Made by a program: the position numbers and the translations under genes
Source: TPA_inf: Saccharomyces
Taxonomy: Eukaryota
Length of the DNA: 64,000 nucleotides
Direction of reading: 5' to 3'
NCBI GenBank assembly: GCA_000146045.2
Contig: BK006938.2
Span: 1,467,934 to 1,531,933 of the forward strand
In this document: positions 35,381 through 45,672 of the stretch, in pieces
How positions within the stretch are numbered: position 1 is the first letter of the stretch
Layout: every line of letters starts with the position of its first letter
The notes under the pieces: model-generated
Seen by the model: only the letters and a program-made list of their open reading frames with translations
What the model was told of the DNA's origin: nothing
Databases searched by the model: none

Positions 35381-36967
35381 TTACAAAAAGATAACGGCAG
35401 CGAGCGCAGCGCCCATCAGACCCGTACCAGCGGCGATAGAATCAGCCGCACCCGTGTAATTCACGATTTGAGGAGTTGTGGACGACTTACCGTTAGTGAA
35501 AATACCAGCGGTAGTGGTTTGAACTCTTGTAATAGAGGATACCATTTTTGTGCTTGCAGAAGAACTTGATGACCAATTGTTACTTTCATGGGTACGAACA
35601 GATTGGGCATCCCTAGAAGAACTCTCTGTGTAAGCTTGCCCAATTCTAGTAGGAGTAACAATAGTAGCGCTTGACTCAGAGGAGGTGGTAGTAGATGCTA
35701 CAACTGCAGACGTGGATTTAGAATTAGAGGAATTTTCAGTAGTAGTAGAAGAAAAAGTTGGCACAACAGAAGAGGTTTTTGCAGCAGAAGAAGTCTCAAT
35801 AGGAGAAGAAGCCTGGACAGAAGATGAAAGAGAAGTCTGAGTAGGAGATAAGCTTTTAACAGAAGTGGTCTCGATAGTAGAGGAAGAAGAAGAAGTCTCA
35901 ACAGCAGAAGTCTCAACAGCAGAAGAAATCTCAACAGCAGAGGAAGTCTCAACGGCAGAGGAAGTCTCAGCAGCAGAGGAAGTCTCAGCAGCAGAAGAAG
36001 TCTCAACAGCAGAGGAAGTCTCAACAGCAGAGGAAGTCTCAACAGCAGAGGAAGTCTCAGCAGCAGAGGAAGTCTCAACAGCAGAAGAAGCCTCCACAAT
36101 AGAGGCCTCAGTAGTGGAGGGAATTTCAATAGCAGAAATACTAGAAGTTGCAACGGTGGAGGCAGGAGCGCGTTCACCCTCACCAGTCCATACGAAAGTA
36201 GCGTCCTGGGTGACGGTCTTTGTGTAGACATGTCCATTTTTGGTGGCTGTAATAGTGGTAGTTATACTCGAACCAGATCCTTCATCAGTAGAGGCAGAAG
36301 GTTCAGCAACAGATGTTACTGGAGAAGCAGCTGTTTCGACAGTAGCAACGGTTGAGACAGGAGCACGTTCACCCTCACCAGTCCATACGAAAGTAGCGTC
36401 CTGGGTGACGGTCTTTGTGTAGACATGTCCATTTTTGGTGGCTGTAATAGTGGTGGTTATACTCGAACCAGACCCTTCATCAGCAGAGGTGCCCTGAGCA
36501 GAGGTAGAAGGTTCAGCAACAGATGTTTCAGCGGCAACAGATGTTTCGACAGTAGCAACAGTTGAGGCAGGAGCACGTTCACCCTCTCCAGTCCATACGA
36601 AAGTAGCATCCTGGGTGACGGTCTTTGTGTAGACATGTCCATTTTTGGTGGCTGTAATAGTGGTGGTTATACTCGAACCAGACCCTTCATCAGCAGAGGT
36701 GCCCTGAGCAGAAGTGGAAGGCTCAACAATAGATGTTTCAGCGGCAACAGATGTTTCAGCGGCAGCAGACGTTGCAGCGACAGTAGACGCTTCAGTTACT
36801 GCGGAGGTTACCGCAGCGCCTTCTCCTGCCCAGACAAAAGTAGCATCTTGAGTGACAGTCTTGGTGTAAACATGCCCATTTTTGGTAGCAGTTATCGTAG
36901 TAGTAATACTTTCGCCTAAAGCGGCAACGGTGATAGCAGATAATACAAAAGCGGAAGACAATTTCAT
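35381..36967 (-). CDS. FIT1: GPI-anchored cell-wall mannoprotein, facilitator of iron (siderophore) transport, 528 aa, with internal tandem repeats
   Basis: Signal peptide MKLSSAFVLSAITVAALG, four copies of the ~65-70-aa repeat SITTTITATKNGHVYTKTVTQDATFVWTGEGERAP, and a Ser/Ala/Thr-rich C-terminal half with a GPI-like tail. Confidence 0.93.
   Translation of the reverse strand: MKLSSAFVLSAITVAALGESITTTITATKNGHVYTKTVTQDATFVWAGEGAAVTSAVTEASTVAATSAAAETSVAAETSIVEPSTSAQGTSADEGSGSSITTTITATKNGHVYTKTVTQDATFVWTGEGERAPASTVATVETSVAAETSVAEPSTSAQGTSADEGSGSSITTTITATKNGHVYTKTVTQDATFVWTGEGERAPVSTVATVETAASPVTSVAEPSASTDEGSGSSITTTITATKNGHVYTKTVTQDATFVWTGEGERAPASTVATSSISAIEIPSTTEASIVEASSAVETSSAAETSSAVETSSAVETSSAVETSSAAETSSAAETSSAVETSSAVEISSAVETSAVETSSSSSTIETTSVKSLSPTQTSLSSSVQASSPIETSSAAKTSSVVPTFSSTTTENSSNSKSTSAVVASTTTSSESSATIVTPTRIGQAYTESSSRDAQSVRTHESNNWSSSSSASTKMVSSITRVQTTTAGIFTNGKSSTTPQIVNYTGAADSIAAGTGLMGAALAAVIFL
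35889..36108 (-). repeat. 18-nt (hexapeptide ETSSAV/ETSSAA) coding minisatellite in FIT1, ~12 copies
   Basis: Tandem gaagtctcaacagcagag units. The antisense frames create spurious poly-Leu/Arg ORFs. Confidence 0.85.
36165..36915 (-). repeat. Four tandem ~195-210-nt coding repeats in FIT1 (fourth copy divergent)
   Basis: Near-identical blocks starting cgttcaccctcaccagtccatacgaaagtagcgtcctgggtgacggtctttgtgtagacatgtccatttttggtggctgtaatagtggt at 36171, 36366 and 36576, with a degenerate copy at ~36820. Confidence 0.85.
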
Positions 36968-37142
36968 TTTCGGGTATTGTATTGTTATTACTATTATTAT
37001 TCAGGCGAACAAAAGGACTTTCTGAAAATAAACACGGCATTAGGAATATAGAAAAGTTAGATAATCATTAGTTTAAATAGTGCAAAAACTTCACTTCAAA
37101 AATGGTATACGAGTGTCATATTATATTAGATATTCATTTTTT

Positions 37143-37251
37143 TGCACCCTTTCCTAGAACTCGCGTATTGAGCCCTGAGGTGTCTGTCATTACATTATGC
37201 CAAATGTGCGACAGCGCGGTTTGGAACAAACAGGGTGCGGAACAGGGTGCA
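37143..37251. promoter_or_regulatory. Aft1/Aft2 iron-responsive elements in the FIT1 promoter (TGCACCC 37143-37149; GGGTGCG 37233-37239; GGGTGCA 37245-37251)
   Basis: Core GGGTGCA/TGCACCC motifs lie 175-285 bp upstream of the FIT1 ATG. FIT1 is a known Aft1 target. Confidence 0.6.
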
Positions 37252-37758
37252 CGGCATAGTTAAAAATGGAAGTTTTGGTGGGTTGTTTAAACTCTGATTG
37301 TAATTGGCGACCATTCACTGCTTATTTCGTTTATCTGGTAATTGTCAACATGGTAATGACCATCAAAACAGTAAACCCGATACTCGAAAAAGTGCTCAGC
37401 GCGATCACTGTCGTCTGGCCAATAACATTTTATAATAAAATACGTTTTTCCTGAAAGTATCAATTAGAAATAGCGATGCATAAACCGATTAATGTGAGAT
37501 CCTAATACTGTTCCATTTGTTAGTCTTTTTTCCACAATTGCTCCTCTTTTTTTCCTTTCAAAACTTATAGAAAAGTTCTTGATGATTAAATAATCAGTAA
37601 AAAAATACTGCCCAATAAGTTCAAAGCGATCACGAATATTTTAAGAACATATGGGAAGAAGATGGCACAGATTAACGATCGTTAACAAATTATGTACCAT
37701 AGAAGTATCAATTCTTCCAGTGTTGCACTTTAATGGAAATATAAGGATTAAAATAATG

Positions 37759-37858
37759 TTTCTCCATTGACTACCAAATAATTTTTCTCCATTGGCTACC
37801 AAATAATCTTTCTCCATTGGCTACCAAATAATCTTTCTTCATTGACTACCAAATAATC
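37759..37858. repeat. Perfect-phase 4 x 25-bp tandem repeat (tttctccattgGctaccaaataatc) in the FIT1-STL1 divergent spacer
   Basis: Units at 37759-37783, 37784-37808, 37809-37833 and 37834-37858. Units 2 and 3 are identical; units 1 and 4 differ at 2 positions each. Confidence 0.9.
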
Positions 37859-39417
37859 GATAAGATAAAATAGCACGAAGCGATATGAAAATACACAGTC
37901 GGCTAAAAATTTGTGGGTAATTTACCTTCTTGATGCATCAAAAATCGACTTTTTAAGAGTTAATAATCATTAACCTTATTCTGACGAAAATAGCAGCGTA
38001 TTTAACTCTATTGTACAAACATAATTTTCTTCTTATTGCGTTAGAGTTTCCTTTGCTATGGATCAATGAAATTGCAGATTACGAAAGAATCAAAAGAAAT
38101 AAAATCGGAAATCATGACATGTGCTATGGCCTGTGTTTCCAGGTGTAAAAGATAAAGCAGAACTAACCAAGTTCATTAGAAAAGTACAATACCAAATGGA
38201 AAGAAAAAGGAATTGTTCTTCTAAGCTAATCGGCAACCGCTTATAAAGTCTACCCCATTCAGTAAGATCGAATATCTTGGAGGTCATATATGTTCATTCA
38301 TCGGTGAGTGAGGATAATAGTGGCTTTTGTAAAAATTTTTATTATGGTGCTAATACACCATACTATTTCTGAGGCAACACCAAAGAAGGGTCCGAGAGTT
38401 CTTAGGCAGTAAAAAAGTTACACAGCCTCAGAAGACAGGGATCATGCAGTAAAAAAAAAAGCTCGATAATTTCATCGATCAATTGACCAGCCAATTTATT
38501 CTTATACCCTTATTTCTACCGATATAAACAGTTGGATAAACGGACAGGTTGAAGTGCAACGTTATTCAATGGTGACAGTTGCTTCTGGACTAAGAAAGGC
38601 TAGACCATGTGCCAGAAGTGCAGAAAAATGAAAGCAGAGAGCAAATAAAAAAACTCGACAAACATCGGAATATCAACCAGACAATAGCAAGTGGACACAA
38701 TGAAATAAAAATCTCACAGGCAAAAACGCACTTAAGGTGACGTAGATGCGTCCATCATTTAAACACGATACCAACATTATCTGATGTTTCAATGTTGAAA
38801 ACTGACATTCAAATATTCCGCAACCAGCGGACGAACTGAAGGAGCAGGCGACTACAATGCGCAGGGCGATTGGCGCGGTAACTTTGCCATGATCAAATAT
38901 TTGTGTAGCGCTTTGTTCACTATCGAACTTTCTAAATGAGTTAAGGAAGAGAAGAAAAACAATATGATACCGCAAATACGTATTCTCACCTAAAATGGCA
39001 AGGCAAAGCTTCGCCGAGGAATTCAGCCCGAGAGTAGAAAATTTACTAATGTGGTCTCGCGTGTGAATCAGCAATGATTCTGAAATACTCCTTTTACAAC
39101 CTTTGCAAAGATAATGTCTTTCAGTCTGATATTACGAGCGACCTAGAACCACTAATCCATATTCTTCATTCAACTTACTCCATTTTCCTTGGCAAACAAT
39201 GCCCCACAATCATATACGTCATAACTATAAGGGATATGTCTGGAATGCGGCCAAGATAGAATTAAAGGGCTGCAGAACACCACTACTGATACTCATTGCC
39301 AAGGCTAGGAGGCACCATCCGTTTCATTTTCTTTGAGGTAAGCCAATCATGAAATAGTATACACATCCATAACGGACGTACGGACGAAATAAGTGCCGTT
39401 GTCCCACTATTCCACCG

Positions 39418-39434
39418 CATTTGGCCCATTTGGC
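39418..39434. promoter_or_regulatory. Two adjacent CATTTGGC motifs (candidate Hot1-responsive elements) ~640 bp upstream of STL1
   Basis: gCATTTGGCcCATTTGGCt. As I recall it, Hot1 drives STL1 through a CATTTGGC-type element. TTGTCCC/TTTGTCC (reverse complement ~GGGACAA) also occur nearby at ~39399 and ~39484. Confidence 0.45.
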
Positions 39435-40071
39435 TCACTTTGACTCAACTTGCGTCATTTTAACTGATATGAAGGGTCCGACTTTGTCCTTTTTCGGCCA
39501 CCGCATACCCCACGGCGATGCCTCCGCTACCTGCATTTGAGTAGCATCTCCGTTTCGCGGGGTATTCGGCGCTACGTCGCCTGTTCGAGCGGCTCTGTTC
39601 GTTGCATGAAACTAAAATAAGCGGAAAGTGTCCAGCCATCCACTACGTCAGAAAGAAATAATGGTTGTACACTGTTTCTCGGCTATATACCGTTTTTGGT
39701 TGGTTAATCCTCGCCAGGTGCAGCTATTGCGCTTGGCTGCTTCGCGATAGTAGTAATCTGAGAAAGTGCAGATCCCGGTAAGGGAAACACTTTTGGTTCA
39801 CCTTTGATAGGGCTTTCATTGGGGCATTCGTAACAAAAAGGAAGTAGATAGAGAAATTGAGAAAGCTTAAGTGAGATGTTTTAGCTTCAATTTTGTCCCC
39901 TTCAACGCTGCTTGGCCTTAGAGGGTCAGAATTGCAGTTCAGGAGTAGTCACACTCATAGTATATAAACAAGCCCTTTATTGATTTTGAATAATTATTTT
40001 GTATACGTGTTCTAGCATACAAGTTAGAATAAATAAAAAATAGAAAAATAGAACATAGAAAGTTTTAGACC

Positions 40072-41781
40072 ATGAAGGATTTAAAATTATCGAATTTCAA
40101 AGGCAAATTTATAAGCAGAACCAGTCACTGGGGACTTACGGGTAAGAAGTTGCGGTATTTCATCACTATCGCATCTATGACGGGCTTCTCCCTGTTTGGA
40201 TACGACCAAGGGTTGATGGCAAGTCTAATTACTGGTAAACAGTTCAACTATGAATTTCCAGCAACCAAAGAAAATGGCGATCATGACAGACACGCAACTG
40301 TAGTGCAGGGCGCTACAACCTCCTGTTATGAATTAGGTTGTTTCGCAGGTTCTCTATTCGTTATGTTCTGCGGTGAAAGAATTGGTAGAAAACCATTAAT
40401 CCTGATGGGTTCCGTAATAACCATCATTGGTGCCGTTATTTCTACATGCGCATTTCGTGGTTACTGGGCATTAGGCCAGTTTATCATCGGAAGAGTCGTC
40501 ACCGGTGTTGGAACAGGGTTGAATACATCTACTATTCCCGTTTGGCAATCAGAAATGTCAAAAGCTGAAAATAGAGGGTTGCTGGTCAATTTAGAAGGTT
40601 CCACAATTGCTTTTGGTACTATGATTGCTTATTGGATTGATTTTGGGTTGTCTTATACCAACAGTTCTGTTCAGTGGAGATTCCCCGTGTCAATGCAAAT
40701 CGTTTTTGCTCTCTTCCTGCTTGCTTTCATGATTAAACTACCTGAATCGCCACGTTGGCTGATTTCTCAAAGTCGAACAGAAGAAGCTCGCTACTTGGTA
40801 GGAACACTAGACGACGCGGATCCAAATGATGAGGAAGTTATAACAGAAGTTGCTATGCTTCACGATGCTGTTAACAGGACCAAACACGAGAAACATTCAC
40901 TGTCAAGTTTGTTCTCCAGAGGCAGGTCCCAAAATCTTCAGAGGGCTTTGATTGCAGCTTCAACGCAATTTTTCCAGCAATTTACTGGTTGTAACGCTGC
41001 CATATACTACTCTACTGTATTATTCAACAAAACAATTAAATTAGACTATAGATTATCAATGATCATAGGTGGGGTCTTCGCAACAATCTACGCCTTATCT
41101 ACTATTGGTTCATTTTTTCTAATTGAAAAGCTAGGTAGACGTAAGCTGTTTTTATTAGGTGCCACAGGTCAAGCAGTTTCATTCACAATTACATTTGCAT
41201 GCTTGGTCAAAGAAAATAAAGAAAACGCAAGAGGTGCTGCCGTCGGCTTATTTTTGTTCATTACATTCTTTGGTTTGTCTTTGCTATCATTACCATGGAT
41301 ATACCCACCAGAAATTGCATCAATGAAAGTTCGTGCATCAACAAACGCTTTCTCCACATGTACTAATTGGTTGTGTAACTTTGCGGTTGTCATGTTCACC
41401 CCAATATTTATTGGACAGTCCGGTTGGGGTTGCTACTTATTTTTTGCTGTTATGAATTATTTATACATTCCAGTTATCTTCTTTTTCTACCCTGAAACCG
41501 CCGGAAGAAGTTTGGAGGAAATCGACATCATCTTTGCTAAAGCATACGAGGATGGCACTCAACCATGGAGAGTTGCTAACCATTTGCCCAAGTTATCCCT
41601 ACAAGAAGTCGAAGATCATGCCAATGCATTGGGCTCTTATGACGACGAAATGGAAAAAGAGGACTTTGGTGAAGATAGAGTAGAAGACACCTATAACCAA
41701 ATTAACGGCGATAATTCGTCTAGTTCTTCAAACATCAAAAATGAAGATACAGTGAACGATAAAGCAAATTTTGAGGGTTGA
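40072..41781 (+). CDS. STL1: Glycerol/H+ symporter of the sugar-transporter (MFS) family, 569 aa
   Basis: 12 predicted transmembrane segments and sugar-transporter signatures (GRKPLILMGS, PESPRWL, PETAGRSLEEID). Confidence 0.93.
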   Translation: MKDLKLSNFKGKFISRTSHWGLTGKKLRYFITIASMTGFSLFGYDQGLMASLITGKQFNYEFPATKENGDHDRHATVVQGATTSCYELGCFAGSLFVMFCGERIGRKPLILMGSVITIIGAVISTCAFRGYWALGQFIIGRVVTGVGTGLNTSTIPVWQSEMSKAENRGLLVNLEGSTIAFGTMIAYWIDFGLSYTNSSVQWRFPVSMQIVFALFLLAFMIKLPESPRWLISQSRTEEARYLVGTLDDADPNDEEVITEVAMLHDAVNRTKHEKHSLSSLFSRGRSQNLQRALIAASTQFFQQFTGCNAAIYYSTVLFNKTIKLDYRLSMIIGGVFATIYALSTIGSFFLIEKLGRRKLFLLGATGQAVSFTITFACLVKENKENARGAAVGLFLFITFFGLSLLSLPWIYPPEIASMKVRASTNAFSTCTNWLCNFAVVMFTPIFIGQSGWGCYLFFAVMNYLYIPVIFFFYPETAGRSLEEIDIIFAKAYEDGTQPWRVANHLPKLSLQEVEDHANALGSYDDEMEKEDFGEDRVEDTYNQINGDNSSSSSNIKNEDTVNDKANFEG

Positions 41782-42968
41782 TTCACACACAACTCACAAA
41801 TCATATTTTGTAATTTACTTAAGAAAGCATTTTGCGGGGTTTATATTTGTTCCTTGCCGCACCAATAATATTCATATATTACTACATAACTTTAGTATTT
41901 TAACACCAGACGATCTGTCTTTTGAGGAAATATGTCCACTTTCATTTTCTTCCGCTTGCCGGCAATGCCTATAAAAAGCTTATAAAATAGCCCGACTCCG
42001 TAGTCTTAATATTTATTTAAGTACAATAATAGTCCCACAAAAATTTTTAAAACATCTTTATTGATAACGTGGACGTGTTATTACATTGGAGCGAATGATG
42101 ACGGAAGTAGGAAAATCTGAATACTAAGGTGAAGATATTTTAGCAGGGTGCCGCCATGGATGTTCTATGAATGTCTTCCTTCCTTTTCTCTCATGGGACA
42201 CCGCAAAAACCTGTTCTACCATCATTTAACTGCAACATACAAAAAGCCACCAACTTTCGAACACTGCAAATGGTGCTATTCTCTTTTTGCGGTCTTGCCA
42301 TGATATTCTTCTTGCAAAAAGGGTTTTAGAGCAAGATTTCAAATTAGCCATGAATATCATGCATCGCTTAGAGCAGTAAGATTTTACCAGAGCTTTACAG
42401 GACCTATTTTTCATACGTTATGCACTTCATTCTTCTTGTCGGTTTGATAACAGCAGAATCTAGTTCCTTTAATTTGAACGTTAGCCCGGCAGAAGCCATA
42501 CCTCGAAAACGCAGCAGCGCTTCATAGGCATATCAAAAACAGGGCAAGGGACACCATACATCACCTAGTGCTGTTACTTATAACCAACTTGACAACGATT
42601 GCACAAGAAAAGAGTATATCTGTGAAGACAGCCAAAACGCTTAACATGTTATGACATAAATTGCAGACAAGAAATTGGATGTATTTTACAGACTTTGCAT
42701 TCCTGTCTGAAAGCCTTTTTACATAAAAATGGTTTCATTAGTAGCACTTCGTATCGTTTTCAAATAATGATGAGATGCTCCAAAAGGAAAGTTGGCACAG
42801 AAAAAATGACGCGCCTTTCCTGTTTACCGTTAAACTTCTCAGAAAAAGTATACTCGACCCATTTTTAAGATTGGTGATGGATAGAATTTCATTTAACATA
42901 ATGCTGCAAATATAGATTGATTTCAATCTACGGAGTCCAACGCATTGAGCAGCTTCAATTGAGTAGAT

Positions 42969-43697
42969 ATGCTCCTATTTCCAAGAAGAACTAATATAGC
43001 CTTTTTCAAAACAACAGGCATTTTTGCTAATTTTCCTTTGCTAGGTAGAACCATTACAACTTCACCATCTTTCCTTACACATAAACTGTCAAAGGAAGTA
43101 ACCAGGGCATCAACTTCGCCTCCAAGACCAAAGAGAATTGTTGTCGCAATTACTGGTGCGACTGGTGTTGCACTGGGAATCAGACTTCTACAAGTGCTAA
43201 AAGAGTTGAGCGTAGAAACCCATTTGGTGATTTCAAAATGGGGTGCAGCAACAATGAAATATGAAACAGATTGGGAACCGCATGACGTGGCGGCCTTGGC
43301 AACCAAGACATACTCTGTTCGTGATGTTTCTGCATGCATTTCGTCCGGATCTTTCCAGCATGATGGTATGATTGTTGTGCCCTGTTCCATGAAATCACTA
43401 GCTGCTATTAGAATCGGTTTTACAGAGGATTTAATTACAAGAGCTGCCGATGTTTCGATTAAAGAGAATCGTAAGTTACTACTGGTTACTCGGGAAACCC
43501 CTTTATCTTCCATCCATCTTGAAAACATGTTGTCTTTATGCAGGGCAGGTGTTATAATTTTTCCTCCGGTACCTGCGTTTTATACAAGACCCAAGAGCCT
43601 TCATGACCTATTAGAACAAAGTGTTGGCAGGATCCTAGACTGCTTTGGCATCCACGCTGACACTTTTCCTCGTTGGGAAGGAATAAAAAGCAAGTAA
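42969..43697 (+). CDS. PAD1: Flavin prenyltransferase (UbiX family) making prenyl-FMN for Fdc1, 242 aa
   Basis: Mitochondrial presequence and the UbiX core RIVVAITGATGVALGIRLLQVLKE...SMKSLAAI. Confidence 0.93.
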   Translation: MLLFPRRTNIAFFKTTGIFANFPLLGRTITTSPSFLTHKLSKEVTRASTSPPRPKRIVVAITGATGVALGIRLLQVLKELSVETHLVISKWGAATMKYETDWEPHDVAALATKTYSVRDVSACISSGSFQHDGMIVVPCSMKSLAAIRIGFTEDLITRAADVSIKENRKLLLVTRETPLSSIHLENMLSLCRAGVIIFPPVPAFYTRPKSLHDLLEQSVGRILDCFGIHADTFPRWEGIKSK

Positions 43698-44160
43698 CAC
43701 TTTTTCTGAGCATTTTATTACGTTACTCAACTACTAATAGAGTTGATTTGTTACTTGCTAAAATCTTTTTATATTTCTTTTAGCCCCGACAGAACTTGTT
43801 GCAAATGAATACAAACCGTGAACTTCCCGATATCATTCTAATTGAACCCAGATATTTACACATGTACTTCTTACTCATTTTCAATGTCAGCTTAAATATC
43901 GTCTAAAACAATATTTTACTAGATACGCAGTTCAATCTTCGCGCATATTTTCACGAAAGTCCAAATTGCGTACGTAGTTTTATGTCAAAGTGACCGCCGT
44001 TGTAGCGTACTTTTTCCTATAAGACAAGCTCGTGATATCAGGAATATATCAGGAATGTAAACGAATACCGCATATCTTTTTGATTTTTTTCCTCTGAGTT
44101 ATTCTATTCTTGACATTATTACATCACCAATTCAAAAGAATTGTCAATTTATATATTTAA

Positions 44161-45672
44161 ATGAGGAAGCTAAATCCAGCTTTAGAATTTAGAGACTTTA
44201 TCCAGGTCTTAAAAGATGAAGATGACTTAATCGAAATTACCGAAGAGATTGATCCAAATCTCGAAGTAGGTGCAATTATGAGGAAGGCCTATGAATCCCA
44301 CTTACCAGCCCCGTTATTTAAAAATCTCAAAGGTGCTTCGAAGGATCTTTTCAGCATTTTAGGTTGCCCAGCCGGTTTGAGAAGTAAGGAGAAAGGAGAT
44401 CATGGTAGAATTGCCCATCATCTGGGGCTCGACCCAAAAACAACTATCAAGGAAATCATAGATTATTTGCTGGAGTGTAAGGAGAAGGAACCTCTCCCCC
44501 CAATCACTGTTCCTGTGTCATCTGCACCTTGTAAAACACATATACTTTCTGAAGAAAAAATACATCTACAAAGCCTGCCAACACCATATCTACATGTTTC
44601 AGACGGTGGCAAGTACTTACAAACGTACGGAATGTGGATTCTTCAAACTCCAGATAAAAAATGGACTAATTGGTCAATTGCTAGAGGTATGGTTGTAGAT
44701 GACAAGCATATCACTGGTCTGGTAATTAAACCACAACATATTAGACAAATTGCTGACTCTTGGGCAGCAATTGGAAAAGCAAATGAAATTCCTTTCGCGT
44801 TATGTTTTGGCGTTCCCCCAGCAGCTATTTTAGTTAGTTCCATGCCAATTCCTGAAGGTGTTTCTGAATCGGATTATGTTGGCGCAATCTTGGGTGAGTC
44901 GGTTCCAGTAGTAAAATGTGAGACCAACGATTTAATGGTTCCTGCAACGAGTGAGATGGTATTTGAGGGTACTTTGTCCTTAACAGATACACATCTGGAA
45001 GGCCCATTTGGTGAGATGCATGGATATGTTTTCAAAAGCCAAGGTCATCCTTGTCCATTGTACACTGTCAAGGCTATGAGTTACAGAGACAATGCTATTC
45101 TACCTGTTTCGAACCCCGGTCTTTGTACGGATGAGACACATACCTTGATTGGTTCACTAGTGGCTACTGAGGCCAAGGAGCTGGCTATTGAATCTGGCTT
45201 GCCAATTCTGGATGCCTTTATGCCTTATGAGGCTCAGGCTCTTTGGCTTATCTTAAAGGTGGATTTGAAAGGGCTGCAAGCATTGAAGACAACGCCTGAA
45301 GAATTTTGTAAGAAGGTAGGTGATATTTACTTTAGGACAAAAGTTGGTTTTATAGTCCATGAAATAATTTTGGTGGCAGATGATATCGACATATTTAACT
45401 TCAAAGAAGTCATCTGGGCCTACGTTACAAGACATACACCTGTTGCAGATCAGATGGCTTTTGATGATGTCACTTCTTTTCCTTTGGCTCCCTTTGTTTC
45501 GCAGTCATCCAGAAGTAAGACTATGAAAGGTGGAAAGTGCGTTACTAATTGCATATTTAGACAGCAATATGAGCGCAGTTTTGACTACATAACTTGTAAT
45601 TTTGAAAAGGGATATCCAAAAGGATTAGTTGACAAAGTAAATGAAAATTGGAAAAGGTACGGATATAAATAA
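44161..45672 (+). CDS. FDC1: Ferulic/phenylacrylic acid decarboxylase (UbiD family, prFMN-dependent), 503 aa
   Basis: 503-aa UbiD-like ORF immediately downstream of PAD1 on the same strand. Confidence 0.92.
   Translation: MRKLNPALEFRDFIQVLKDEDDLIEITEEIDPNLEVGAIMRKAYESHLPAPLFKNLKGASKDLFSILGCPAGLRSKEKGDHGRIAHHLGLDPKTTIKEIIDYLLECKEKEPLPPITVPVSSAPCKTHILSEEKIHLQSLPTPYLHVSDGGKYLQTYGMWILQTPDKKWTNWSIARGMVVDDKHITGLVIKPQHIRQIADSWAAIGKANEIPFALCFGVPPAAILVSSMPIPEGVSESDYVGAILGESVPVVKCETNDLMVPATSEMVFEGTLSLTDTHLEGPFGEMHGYVFKSQGHPCPLYTVKAMSYRDNAILPVSNPGLCTDETHTLIGSLVATEAKELAIESGLPILDAFMPYEAQALWLILKVDLKGLQALKTTPEEFCKKVGDIYFRTKVGFIVHEIILVADDIDIFNFKEVIWAYVTRHTPVADQMAFDDVTSFPLAPFVSQSSRSKTMKGGKCVTNCIFRQQYERSFDYITCNFEKGYPKGLVDKVNENWKRYGYK

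Noticed and set aside
35698-36237. 179-aa ORF (poly-Leu/Arg/Pro) and the 35865..36227 + ORF (EEVSTAEE repeats) inside FIT1
   Set aside because: Alternative-frame and antisense read-through of the FIT1 18-nt coding minisatellite. The low-complexity translations are repeat artefacts.
37759-37858. Reading the 25-bp repeats as CCAAT (Hap complex) sites
   Set aside because: Each unit has ATTGG but flanked as CCATTGGCT rather than the TNATTGGT/ACCAATNA Hap consensus; the second half is CCAAAT, not CCAAT. Kept only as a repeat with unknown function.
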